Assembly: GCA_963664705.1 (NCBI GenBank)
Contig: OY761556.1
Span: 2,752,001-2,816,000 of the forward strand
Length of the DNA: 64,000 bases
Source: Acidobacteriota bacterium
GTDB lineage: Bacteria; Acidobacteriota; UBA6911
Reading direction: 5' to 3'
The position numbers and the translations under genes are program-made. Positions 28,801-37,778 of this stretch are shown here, piece after piece; positions within the stretch are counted from its first letter, which is position 1; the number at the start of each line of letters is the position of its first letter. The notes beneath the pieces were generated by a model. That model had not been told where the DNA came from. It searched no databases and saw only the letters and a list, made by a program, of their open reading frames with translations.

Positions 28801-29531
28801 CAGGTATCGGGCAGATAAAAATCCGCACTCAAAATATTATAATTACAGAAGACAATCGCCCCCGCGGTCTGGATATTGCCCCCGGCAGATATGTGCTGCT
28901 TGAACTAAGCGACAATGGTTGCGGAATGTCCGAGGAAGTCCTGTCCCATCTTTTCGAGCCCTTTTTCACGACAAAGGAAACCGGCCGGGGAACCGGACTT
29001 GGATTGGCAACCGTGTATGGTATCGTGACACAGAATGAAGGCGCGATACATGTTCAGAGCAGGCTTGAAGAAGGAACAGAATTTTTCATTTACCTCCCCT
29101 CGGTTGAAGTGGAGCATCCGATAAAAGTGAGCACTGAAAGAAGAAACGTTTGGCAAGGCATGGGAGAGACTGTGTTGCTGGTCGAGGATGAGCCGGCAAT
29201 TCTGAACCTGGGCAAAACCATGCTAAAAAAAATGGGACTCAATGTTCTTGCCGCCAGCGGCCCGGGAGAAGCCATCCAAATGGCGCAAGATCACATTGGA
29301 AAAATCGAACTGCTGATTTCCGACGTAATTATGCCGGAGATGAACGGACGGGATCTCGCGATCAAAGTGGCCGCCATTTTCCCGGATATCCAATGCCTCT
29401 TCATGTCCGGCTATACGGCTGACGTCATCGCGCACAGGGGGGTGCTGGATGAAGGAGTGAACTTCATTCAGAAGCCGTTCTCGCTGCAGGACCTCTCGGC
29501 AAAAGTGCGCGAGCTCCTGGAAAAGAGATGA
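25851..29531 (+). CDS. Hybrid sensor histidine kinase/response regulator with multiple PAS and one GAF domain
   Basis: Repeated DITERK PAC ends; GGVAHDFNN H-box; NARDA, DNGCG, FEPFFTTK, GTGLGL; C-terminal REC (VEDE, SDVIMP, KPF). Confidence 0.93.
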   Translation: MPGDIEALKQNASKIPPEETESSMQASEGTGESADTLSSSIAYRMVMDQAGNGHFTYLSPGLALAHGITPEQAYQDSMLLCRQIHSDDFANLVKAATESLKTGAPVKVEIRFRKPSGELRWALLHCVPRRAPDGNTIWDGVEIDITERRSAEEALKESEEKYRLLVEASPHAMFLRDKNGRISYINPAGLKILGAASPDQIVGRSSLEFVHPDYHEIVLERVQRVQQHGETAPLLEEKFLRLDGSIVEVEVTSVPFSQGGEPGMQVLFRDITLRKTSEEALQSSKAFLDAIIEHSPHALWVSDSTGTMLRMNQACRDMLQIEDAKAVGQYNILRDSIVAEMGYLPLIRRVFDCGEKVQFSIEYDSPQQPSSPAEPKTPLALQITISPVLDSQGNVIHAVIQTVDITDRKKFETALKRRQELGHLITIISSRFLRLEPEEINDGIHSSLREIGEFMEAERSYLFFLKEDRSRADLTHEWCADSIESNWEKLQNLGVAEHGFFTEPLLRSEIVHFPRLGDVPLPSHWSDVAPILKDIKSLLLVPIEVGRTVVGCLGFDAVHQEKIWPNDIIALLRVVGEVFTNALERKRAEEEHRRSEHFLSQVVENAPFGAHFYRLDNDHRLIFVKANKAAENILGIQHDSLQGKTITEAFPGLAGTDVPETYIHIARYGIDRVYREVEYNEGRIQGVFEISAFPTLPGHMAVFFVDVTERKRTERAFIEEATLRRILFEQSPDGIVILDPDSTRFLDFNTAAHRQLGYTREEFSRLSIKDVDAVESPQETRARISQVLRGGGTDFETLQRTKQGEIRNVHVRAHTVEALGRSFYQCIWRDITDRKRAEDERKQLQIQLAQAQKMESVGRLAGGVAHDFNNMLGVIIGHAEMTLDQFSDDDPMRADIEEIRKAAQRSADLTRQLLAFARKQAITPKVVNLNDAISGMLKMLRRLIGEDIELSWIPQTNLHSVRIDPTQLDQLLANLCVNARDAIAGIGQIKIRTQNIIITEDNRPRGLDIAPGRYVLLELSDNGCGMSEEVLSHLFEPFFTTKETGRGTGLGLATVYGIVTQNEGAIHVQSRLEEGTEFFIYLPSVEVEHPIKVSTERRNVWQGMGETVLLVEDEPAILNLGKTMLKKMGLNVLAASGPGEAIQMAQDHIGKIELLISDVIMPEMNGRDLAIKVAAIFPDIQCLFMSGYTADVIAHRGVLDEGVNFIQKPFSLQDLSAKVRELLEKR

Positions 29532-29594
29532 CCGGCAGGAGAGCGGCTACGTCACTGATGCTGATATCGCCGGGGCGGCAGCGCTCCCCCCAGC

Positions 29595-31178
29595 CTACTC
29601 CGCCGGTTTATCGATCTCTATTTGCGGTATTGTGCATATGGTCAAAAACGTCAGCAGCATGGCGACCGCACCCAGGATGAAGCAGATTCTCAAGCCCGCC
29701 TCCATCGAAACACGAATGGCCGCCACCGTCTGATCCACCACCTGGGGGTTGCCGGGACTTTCCTTTTGAAGGGTCCCGCGAAGCGCATCCATGGCTGATT
29801 TCGACATCAGCACCTTGGGATTTCCAATCGAGGTCATGGTTGCCTCGCTGGCCATGCGGGACACCTCTGCCGGCAGTGCCGCTTTGAGGGCACTGTTGTA
29901 TCGCATGTTCATTGCCGATCCGAGGATGGCCGGCGCGATGGCCTGCCCCAGCATGACGCTGAAGAACAAGGCTCCCATCGAAACGCCCAGCAGCCTCTTC
30001 GGAACAGCGTACTGTGCGACCAGCGTGTTGATAGTGGGGATAGCGCCCATTCCAATGCCGGCCAGGGTAATTGCGGCAAAGCCCCAGGATATCGGCGTCG
30101 TGACTTTAAAGAGAATCAGGAAGCACATCACTACCAGCGTCAAACCATAACCGAGAATGAACATCCCTTTGTAACGCTTGGTGCGGGCCAGAAGAAATCC
30201 CGCCGGAATACCGAGGAAGTTCATAAACACGTTGCCCGGAGTCATTATCTGTCCCGTCAGCGTTGCGGAGGCTCCCTGGACTCCCTGCATCATGAGCGGG
30301 TAGTAAATCATCAGTCCTACCATGCCGAAGGAAGAAAGGATACACGCGCATGCAATCGTGACAAACGACCGGTTTTTCAAAACCTCCAGATCCAGGATCG
30401 GCTCCTCCGCGCCGGCTTCGGCCTTTACAAACATTACCCAGGCGATAATGGACACGGCCAGTAAACCCAGCACCTGCACGGAAGCCCACGGATACATGGT
30501 TCCGGCAAGCGAAAAGGTGAGAATCAGCGTCGATGAAGCCACTGCAGCCAACAAGGCTCCGCGGCTGTCGATTTTTGGCTTTTGCGACTGAACCTGCCCG
30601 GATAGGCCAAACATCACCATCAGCAGCGCAATTATCAACAACGGAACGCCGCACCAGAAGATATAGCGCCAGCTGAGACTGTCGACAAACCAGCCGCCCA
30701 GGGTCGGCCCGACAAATGCAAAGAGACCGGCAGGGATGTTGAGAAGCCCGATCCATCGGCTTCTTTGAATAGGGTCGAACATGTCTCCAAGCGCGGAAAA
30801 GCACAGGGGCGCAATTCCTCCCTGTCCGATGCAAAGAAGAGTCCGGGCAATGATGAGCATCATGAAACTTGGAGTCAGGGCGCTCCAGATGGCTCCGACA
30901 AGACATATGCCGAGGCACGCCATCAACACCGCGCGCCGCCCGAACATATCCGACAGTTTCCCGGCAATAAGCATGGAAAACGCCAATCCCAGATTGGGAA
31001 TAGAAACACCCCAGGAATAAAGATGCATGCCGTCGAGATCGGCAGCGACCCGCGGCAGGGCAGACAGCATGATCTGGTAAAAGTACATATATACGAAATA
31101 TGCCAGGAAAACAGTCGTCAGCCCCAAAGCAACTCGGGGTCGCGCTTCAACCGGTTCAGCCATCTTCGGTGTTGCCAT
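29595..31178 (-). CDS. MFS transporter, 14-TM DHA2 family (paralog of 9744)
   Basis: AGGAG RBS, MATPKMAEP start; GKLSDMFGRR, GPTLGG, LSWRYIFW. Confidence 0.9.
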   Translation of the reverse strand: MATPKMAEPVEARPRVALGLTTVFLAYFVYMYFYQIMLSALPRVAADLDGMHLYSWGVSIPNLGLAFSMLIAGKLSDMFGRRAVLMACLGICLVGAIWSALTPSFMMLIIARTLLCIGQGGIAPLCFSALGDMFDPIQRSRWIGLLNIPAGLFAFVGPTLGGWFVDSLSWRYIFWCGVPLLIIALLMVMFGLSGQVQSQKPKIDSRGALLAAVASSTLILTFSLAGTMYPWASVQVLGLLAVSIIAWVMFVKAEAGAEEPILDLEVLKNRSFVTIACACILSSFGMVGLMIYYPLMMQGVQGASATLTGQIMTPGNVFMNFLGIPAGFLLARTKRYKGMFILGYGLTLVVMCFLILFKVTTPISWGFAAITLAGIGMGAIPTINTLVAQYAVPKRLLGVSMGALFFSVMLGQAIAPAILGSAMNMRYNSALKAALPAEVSRMASEATMTSIGNPKVLMSKSAMDALRGTLQKESPGNPQVVDQTVAAIRVSMEAGLRICFILGAVAMLLTFLTICTIPQIEIDKPAE

Positions 31179-31482
31179 CACGGAAGTCTCCTTATATCGG
31201 AACCTCGGAATAGTCTCCGGAACAGTACGGCCGCGCATCCCCGGCCGGCTGGTGCTGCATGTGCTTGAATGAGGTTTGGTTAATGCGGCTCTTTTGTGCC
31301 ATTGATTGCATTTCAATTGCAAGAACAAAACAGGGCGAGCGCCCCGGGAACACCGCACTCTCGCCGGCAAGAGCAAATCTGCATCCACCGGCCATTGCCA
31401 CAGGGACAGCGGCAATACGCATGCGACCATAGTTCCCGGTGGTATATAATGCGCTCTTCCAGCACATGAGGGAGTCATCGAG

Positions 31483-34137
31483 ATGAAGCTCGTCTACCGA
31501 TTGCGAATAACACTGCTATCATTCTTTGCCTTGGTTTGCGCGTTCAGTTTTTCCCAGGGGCTTGACTACAGAAAGCTTCCCTACATGAATCCGTCGGTCC
31601 CGATCGAAGCCAGGGTGGCGGACCTCGTGGGAAGAATGACTCTGGATGAAAAAATCTCCCAGACACTGAGCAGTGCTCCTGCCATCGAACGACTCGGCAT
31701 CCCGGCATACGATTGGTGGAACGAAGCCTTGCACGGAGTTGCACGAGCCGGCGTGGCAACGGTATTCCCACAGGCGATTGGGCTTGCATCCACGTGGGAT
31801 CCAGGCCAGCTGTTGGATGTAGCTACCGTGATCTCCGATGAAGCCCGCGCCAAGCACCACGAATTCGTTCGCCAGGGACGCCATGGGAGATATGAGGGCC
31901 TGACCTTCTGGTCGCCAAACATCAATATCTTCCGGGATCCCCGCTGGGGTCGCGGCATGGAAACATACGGCGAAGACCCCTATCTGACCGGAAAAATGGC
32001 GATTGCTTTTATCAAAGGTCTGCAAGGTGACGATCCCAGGTATTTCAAAGTGATCGCTACCTCCAAGCACTTTGCCGTTCATAGCGGCCCTGAGCCCCAG
32101 CGGCATGTTTTCGATGCACAGGTCAGTGACCGGGATCTTTACGAAACTTATTTACCTCATTTCAGGGCAACCGTCATGGAAGGCGGCGTCTACTCGATTA
32201 TGGGAGCGTATAACCGCTTCCGCGGAGAATCGGCCAGCGCAAGCAAACTACTGCTGCAGGAACTCCTTCGGGATAAATGGGGCTTTAAAGGCTACATTGT
32301 CTCCGACTGCGATTCGATTCGCGATATCTTCGCCACGCACAAAATCGTCCCGACCGCGGAGGAGGCCTCCGCACTGGGCATCAAGCGCGGTTGCGATCTT
32401 GATTGCGGCAATACCTACAAGGCCATTGCGGGGGCTATCCAACAGGGGCTCCTGACCGAAAAGGAACTGGATGTGGCGGTCAAACGCCTTTTTACAGCCC
32501 GCATGAAGCTTGGTATGTTCGATCCGCCGGAAACGGTGAAATGGGCCCGGATTCCCTATTCGGTGAATGACTCTCCCCAAAATGCGCAGCTTGCCGAGAT
32601 TGCCGCGCGAAAATCGATGGTTCTGCTCAAGAATGACCGGAATACGCTTCCCCTTCAAAGAAGCCTCCGCACCATCGCGGTGATCGGCCCCAATGCCGAC
32701 GATACGGAACTCCTTGTCGGAAATTACAACGGCACTCCATCCCACCCGGTCACTCCGCTTGCCGGTATCCGTGCAAAGGTCGGGACCTCGACGCAGGTTC
32801 TTTACGCAAGAGGCTGCGATGTAGCCGAGGGCGTAGCCTCCTTTGAACCAATTCCAGACTCCGCCTTCACTGCAAACCCGGGCTCCCGGAACAAACCCGG
32901 AGTTACGATCGAATTCTTCAACAATCTCCAGCATGAAGGATCCCCGGTTCGAACCGAATTCAGCCCCAATATCAAAGCCTCCTGGGGCAATGATGTCCCC
33001 TATCCCGAGTTGACCGACGACCACTTTTCCGTTCGGTGGTCCGGCCAGATTCAAGTCGCGGAATCGGGCGAATATACGCTGCGAGTGGCCGGAGCCTATG
33101 GTCGCCTGATCCTGGACGGGAAGCAGCTCGGCGGCAAAATGGGTGCGGCTCCGCAATTTGTCAGGCTGGAGGCCGGAAAAACATACCCGGTTATTTTCGA
33201 GCTTGCCGACAGGTTCGGAGGTATCACGGTGGAAATGCAGTGGTCCATGCGAGGCCGCGATTATGCGGCGGAGGCCGTGGCTGCGGCGAAAAAAGCCGAC
33301 GTGGCCCTGCTCTTTCTCGGACTCTCCCCACGCCTTGAAGGCGAAGAAATGCCGGTGCAGGTTCAGGGATTCTCCGGTGGAGATCGAATCAGCATCGATC
33401 TCCCCAAAGTTCAGGAAGATCTGATGCGCGCGATTGCCGCGACCGGAACGCCCACAGTGCTGGTGCTGATGAATGGCAGCGCGGTTGCGATCAACTGGGC
33501 AGATAAAAACATTCCTGCCATTCTGGAAGCATGGTATCCAGGCCAGGCAGCGGGAACCGCAATTGCCGATGTGCTTTTTGGGGACTACAACCCCGGCGGG
33601 CGCCTCCCAATCACTTTTTATAAGTCGGTAGATCAACTCCCTCCATTCGAAGATTATTCCATGAGAGAACGCACCTATAAATACTTCACGGGAGTGCCGC
33701 TGTACCCGTTCGGCCATGGACTCAGCTATACGACATTTGATTATCATGATCTCAGGCTGGATAAATCGGTAAAGAACGGGCAGCCGGTTCATGTGTCGGT
33801 AACGGTTGTGAATACCGGAAAAAAAGCCGGAGATGAAGTCGTGCAGTTGTATATAAAGGATGTGGAAGCTTCGGTTCCGGTCCCGATACGAAAACTGGCC
33901 GGATTCCGTCGCATCACGCTGGCACCCGGCTCATCCCAAAAAGTGAGTTTTGCCATCAATCCGCGTGAATTGTCACTCATCACAGATGACAGCAGGCGTA
34001 TCATTGAACCCGGATCGTTTGATTTATGGATCGGAGGCAAACAGCCGGGATTGGCTGGCACCGCGGATGCAGGTACAACCAAGATACTCACCGGCCGGTT
34101 CACAGTCACCGGTAAAGTGGTTGAACTTGAACCCTGA
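31483..34137 (+). CDS. GH3 beta-xylosidase/glucosidase with PA14 and Fn3-like domains
   Basis: WWNEALHG, DPRWGRGMETYGEDP, KHF, IVSDC nucleophile, EGEE, AWYPG; signal peptide. Confidence 0.93.
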   Translation: MKLVYRLRITLLSFFALVCAFSFSQGLDYRKLPYMNPSVPIEARVADLVGRMTLDEKISQTLSSAPAIERLGIPAYDWWNEALHGVARAGVATVFPQAIGLASTWDPGQLLDVATVISDEARAKHHEFVRQGRHGRYEGLTFWSPNINIFRDPRWGRGMETYGEDPYLTGKMAIAFIKGLQGDDPRYFKVIATSKHFAVHSGPEPQRHVFDAQVSDRDLYETYLPHFRATVMEGGVYSIMGAYNRFRGESASASKLLLQELLRDKWGFKGYIVSDCDSIRDIFATHKIVPTAEEASALGIKRGCDLDCGNTYKAIAGAIQQGLLTEKELDVAVKRLFTARMKLGMFDPPETVKWARIPYSVNDSPQNAQLAEIAARKSMVLLKNDRNTLPLQRSLRTIAVIGPNADDTELLVGNYNGTPSHPVTPLAGIRAKVGTSTQVLYARGCDVAEGVASFEPIPDSAFTANPGSRNKPGVTIEFFNNLQHEGSPVRTEFSPNIKASWGNDVPYPELTDDHFSVRWSGQIQVAESGEYTLRVAGAYGRLILDGKQLGGKMGAAPQFVRLEAGKTYPVIFELADRFGGITVEMQWSMRGRDYAAEAVAAAKKADVALLFLGLSPRLEGEEMPVQVQGFSGGDRISIDLPKVQEDLMRAIAATGTPTVLVLMNGSAVAINWADKNIPAILEAWYPGQAAGTAIADVLFGDYNPGGRLPITFYKSVDQLPPFEDYSMRERTYKYFTGVPLYPFGHGLSYTTFDYHDLRLDKSVKNGQPVHVSVTVVNTGKKAGDEVVQLYIKDVEASVPVPIRKLAGFRRITLAPGSSQKVSFAINPRELSLITDDSRRIIEPGSFDLWIGGKQPGLAGTADAGTTKILTGRFTVTGKVVELEP

Positions 34138-34161
34138 TAGTTTTCTCGGAGGTCAAAGGCA

Positions 34162-35295
34162 ATGACCGGCATCATCAGCGCACCGGACACGCAGAGAAAA
34201 CTCGAAATTCTCAGTACGGATGCCCAGTATGACCTGGCTTGCGCCTGCGCAACCGGCAAAGAGGAACACCGCTCGCGCGGTTCCCAGGGGTGGATTTATC
34301 CTGTAACGCTGCCCAACGGTGGAACCAGTGTTCTGTTCAAGACCTTGATCTCCAATGCCTGCTCGAACGACTGCAAATATTGCCCGCTTCGCTCCGATCA
34401 GGATGTCCGCCGTTGCACGCTCACCGAGGAAGAGACGGTGAAGACATTTCTGGATTATCTCAATCGCGGAGAGGTCTTTGGCCTGTTCCTCACCTCCGGT
34501 GTCATCGGAACTCCGGACCGGACCATGGAACAACTGATACGCGTCGCCCGGATTCTTCGCTATCGTCATCATTTTCGTGGCTACATCCATCTCAAAGTCA
34601 TACCTGGAGCGAGTGCGGCCGCGGTCGAAGAAGCGGTGTCACTCTCCTCTGCCGTTTCTTTGAATATAGAAACTCCAGGCGCGCAACACCTGGCCAGGCT
34701 TTCCGAAAAAAAACGGTTTATTGAAGATATCGTTGAACCGATCAAGCTGATCAGCCGCCTGACCGGCCGTGGAAACAAATATGCGAGAGTGAAACAGACA
34801 ACCCAGTTTATCGTGGGCGCAGCCGAAGAGACGGATGCCGAAATTGTAAAATATATGTGGGGGCTGTATGACCGTCTCCACCTCAAGAGGGTATATTTCA
34901 GCGCATATCAGAAGCCTTCAGACGGCACCCGGGAAGAAGCGCCGGTTTCCATGACACCTGCCTCCGAGGTCTTTGTGCGTGAACACCGCCTGTACCAGGT
35001 TGATTTCCTGATGCGCAAATACGATTTCTCAGAAACGGATTTCTCATTCAATGCAGGGGGCCATCTGCCGCTTGAAATTGATCCGAAGGAGCACTGGGCC
35101 AACCTGCATCCGGAATACTTCCCCATCAATATCAATAAGGCCAGCAAATATGAGCTCATGCGAGTTCCGGGTCTGGGAGAAATAACCGTGGGCCGCATTC
35201 TTCAGCAGAGAAAAAACTCCAGAATCAAGGCTATAGGAGAGATCGGAAAACTGGCACCCAGGCTTCAGAAGGCAAACGAATACCTCAGTTACTAA
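34162..35295 (+). CDS. Putative DNA modification/repair radical SAM protein with C-terminal HhH (TIGR03916-like)
   Basis: DAQYDLAC, CSNDCKYC, YIHLKVIPG, TQFIVGA, REHRLYQVDFL, NKASKYELMRVPGLG. Confidence 0.85.
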   Translation: MTGIISAPDTQRKLEILSTDAQYDLACACATGKEEHRSRGSQGWIYPVTLPNGGTSVLFKTLISNACSNDCKYCPLRSDQDVRRCTLTEEETVKTFLDYLNRGEVFGLFLTSGVIGTPDRTMEQLIRVARILRYRHHFRGYIHLKVIPGASAAAVEEAVSLSSAVSLNIETPGAQHLARLSEKKRFIEDIVEPIKLISRLTGRGNKYARVKQTTQFIVGAAEETDAEIVKYMWGLYDRLHLKRVYFSAYQKPSDGTREEAPVSMTPASEVFVREHRLYQVDFLMRKYDFSETDFSFNAGGHLPLEIDPKEHWANLHPEYFPININKASKYELMRVPGLGEITVGRILQQRKNSRIKAIGEIGKLAPRLQKANEYLSY

Positions 35296-35313
35296 GGCCG
35301 GGAGGGATATGGA

Positions 35314-35688
35314 ATGCCGGACAGGATCACCAAGCGTCTCATCGCGCCTTGCGGGATGAATTGCTCCGTCTGCCGAGCCTACCTGCGGCAACGACGACCG
35401 TGCCACGGCTGTCGCGATGCAGAACAAAACAAGCCGCCGACACGATTCCATTGCGCGCTGCGAATCTGCGAGAAGCGAACCGGGGACTATTGCTTCAGCT
35501 GCCGGGAGTTTCCATGCAAGCGTCTGCAGCACCTGGATCTGCGTTATCAGACACGGTACGTCATGAGCGAGATTGAAAATCTGCTATTTATCCGCGAACA
35601 TGGAATCCGTAAATTTCTGGATAGGGAACGCCAACGATGGATCTCGGACAAGGGCATCTTCTGCGTGCATGACAAAAAAACCTACTAG
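35314..35688 (+). CDS. DUF3795-domain Cys-rich protein
   Basis: IAPCGMNCSVC, CHGCR, CFSCREFPC. Confidence 0.8.
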   Translation: MPDRITKRLIAPCGMNCSVCRAYLRQRRPCHGCRDAEQNKPPTRFHCALRICEKRTGDYCFSCREFPCKRLQHLDLRYQTRYVMSEIENLLFIREHGIRKFLDRERQRWISDKGIFCVHDKKTY

Positions 35689-35739
35689 GTCCGAGAGCAT
35701 CTCGCAAGCCGGGAGCGCCGGCATCCCGGTCAGGCCTAT

Positions 35740-36339
35740 TTAAGCTTTGGCGTCGCGCACCAACTCCAGGTCGAGAGTGATTTGCACTTCATCGCTGACA
35801 ACGACTCCGCCCGAATCGAGTGCCCGGTTCCATTTGATGCCATAATCCTGCCGGTTCAGTTTCCCGGTTGCGTGCGCGCCAATGCGCGATTCACCTCCCA
35901 TGCCTTTTATGATAGGAGTCGCTTCCACTGCGAGCGATATCTCCCTGGTCACACCTCGCATCGTAAGGTCGCCAACCAGCGTAAAATTATTCCCCTGCAC
36001 GGCCTCCACCCGTTTTGATTTGAAGGTAATGGACGGATAATTTGCCGCATCAAAAAAATCCGCGCTGCGCAGATGGTCATCGCGCTTCTGCTCGCGTGTA
36101 TTGATCGAGGCCACGGCAATGGTCGCTTCGGCTTTTACGCTCGAGAAGTTCTTTCCATCAAAAGAGGCAGTTCCGGAGAGCTTGCCGAATTCACCCCGAA
36201 CCGTGCTGATCATCAGATGCTTCACCTGAAACTGTGCCGCCGAGTGGGCTGGATCAATGTTCCAGGAGGACTGGGCAATTGCCGGGGAAGCTATCAGAAA
36301 CAGAGCCGCAAAAACAGTCAACAGAGCCTGCAGTCTCAT
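35740..36339 (-). CDS. yceI: YceI-family periplasmic lipid/polyisoprenoid-binding protein
   Basis: WNIDPAHS, KHLMIS.VRG.F, RDDHLRSADFFD, GDLTMRGVT, NRQDYG. Confidence 0.92.
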   Translation of the reverse strand: MRLQALLTVFAALFLIASPAIAQSSWNIDPAHSAAQFQVKHLMISTVRGEFGKLSGTASFDGKNFSSVKAEATIAVASINTREQKRDDHLRSADFFDAANYPSITFKSKRVEAVQGNNFTLVGDLTMRGVTREISLAVEATPIIKGMGGESRIGAHATGKLNRQDYGIKWNRALDSGGVVVSDEVQITLDLELVRDAKA

Positions 36340-36566
36340 GGAATTCCTCCTAAACGGACGCAGCTAGCATGGAGCTTGTCCGATTAGTTTCATATAATAT
36401 CTCCCCATCCAGTTGCGCAACCTCAAAAGGCGTTGAAAGCTTGACTGCGAGTTTAAAAGTTCGGGCTATGCATGACTGATTTGGCATCTGCTTCTGCAAC
36501 AAATTTCACTGTTCAAAAAACAAGCTTTCCCGATTAAAGTAGTACATTCCACAAGGAGTATTGATA

Positions 36567-37697
36567 ATGGCCAGACGATCGATTCTTCTGCTCTTTCTCC
36601 TGATGACGGCCATCACGGCTGAAGCTCCGGCGCAAGGTTCTCTCAAAGAGGCATTCCAGCGTGACTTTCGTATCGGGGCCGCACTCAATCCCGGCCACTA
36701 TAATGAGACCGACGCGTTGGGCAGCGCACTCGTAAAGCAGCATTTCAACACGATCACGCCGGAAAACGACATGAAATGGGAGCGAATCCATCCGCGCTCC
36801 GATGCGGGCATTGCCGGATACAGCTTTGAAGCTGCGGACAAATACGTGGAATTCGGCGAAAAGAACGGGATGTTCATCGTCGGGCACTGCCTGGTCTGGC
36901 ACAGCCAGGTTCCCAACTGGGTCTTCCAGGATGCCGGTGGAAAGCCGCTTGACCGCACAGCCCTTCTGGACCGCATGCGCGAGCACATTTTTACGGTGGT
37001 TGGCCGCTATAAGGGGCGCGTTCATGGATGGGATGTCGTCAACGAAGCATTGAACGAAGATGGCACCCTGCGAAAATCGCAGTGGTTCAATATTATCGGA
37101 GAAGATTACATTGCCAAGGCCTTCCAATATGCGCACGAAGCGGATCCGCAGGCCGAACTCTATTACAACGACTACAATCTCGACTATGAAGCCAAGTGCA
37201 AGGGTGCCGTCGAGCTTGTCCGGAAGCTGAAGCAGCAAGGCCTCACCGTGACGGCAATTGGCACGCAAAGCCACCATAAAATGGATCGGCCCTCGATCCA
37301 GCAGATCGAGGACAGCTTGAAGGCATTCAGGGAACTGGGCGTGAAGGTGGCGGTTACCGAATTGGATATCGACCTGCTGCCGGCGGTCACACGGCAGCCG
37401 ACCGCGGATGTGTCGGTACGGGCACAGGCCACGGCGGAATCCAACCCCTATGTTTCCGGTCTGCCCGATGATATGCAGAAAGCGCTGGCCAGGCGATATG
37501 CGGATATCTTCGCCGTCTATCTGAAATACAAAGACATTATCACGCGCATTACATTCTGGGGCGTCACCGACCGGTTCTCATGGCTCAACAATTTCCCAGC
37601 TCCTGGTCGAACCAATTATCCGCTTCTGTTCGACAGGGATGGCAAGCCCAAACCGGCATTTGACGCGATACTCCAGGAAGTGGTCAGAGCGAAATAG
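36567..37697 (+). CDS. GH10 endo-1,4-beta-xylanase
   Basis: TPENDMKW, GHCLVWHSQ, WDVVNEA (acid/base), YNDYN, TELD (nucleophile); signal peptide. Confidence 0.95.
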   Translation: MARRSILLLFLLMTAITAEAPAQGSLKEAFQRDFRIGAALNPGHYNETDALGSALVKQHFNTITPENDMKWERIHPRSDAGIAGYSFEAADKYVEFGEKNGMFIVGHCLVWHSQVPNWVFQDAGGKPLDRTALLDRMREHIFTVVGRYKGRVHGWDVVNEALNEDGTLRKSQWFNIIGEDYIAKAFQYAHEADPQAELYYNDYNLDYEAKCKGAVELVRKLKQQGLTVTAIGTQSHHKMDRPSIQQIEDSLKAFRELGVKVAVTELDIDLLPAVTRQPTADVSVRAQATAESNPYVSGLPDDMQKALARRYADIFAVYLKYKDIITRITFWGVTDRFSWLNNFPAPGRTNYPLLFDRDGKPKPAFDAILQEVVRAK

Positions 37698-37778
37698 TGC
37701 GTGCGCGGTATCCATCGCGTACTGGTTGCAGGTTCAGGCCTGCGAATTGTTCATCGCGGGCCAGATTTGGATTCATAA

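Noticed and set aside
27372-28832. 486-aa minus-strand ORF (likewise 32248-33792, 38697-39800, 39860-41008, 47626-48624)
   Set aside because: Antisense shadows of well-supported genes in GC-rich DNA; no recognisable motifs.
9568-31374. 14-mer tcgccggcaagagc upstream of both DHA2 paralogs
   Set aside because: It is non-palindromic and in opposite orientation relative to the two genes, so it may be chance.
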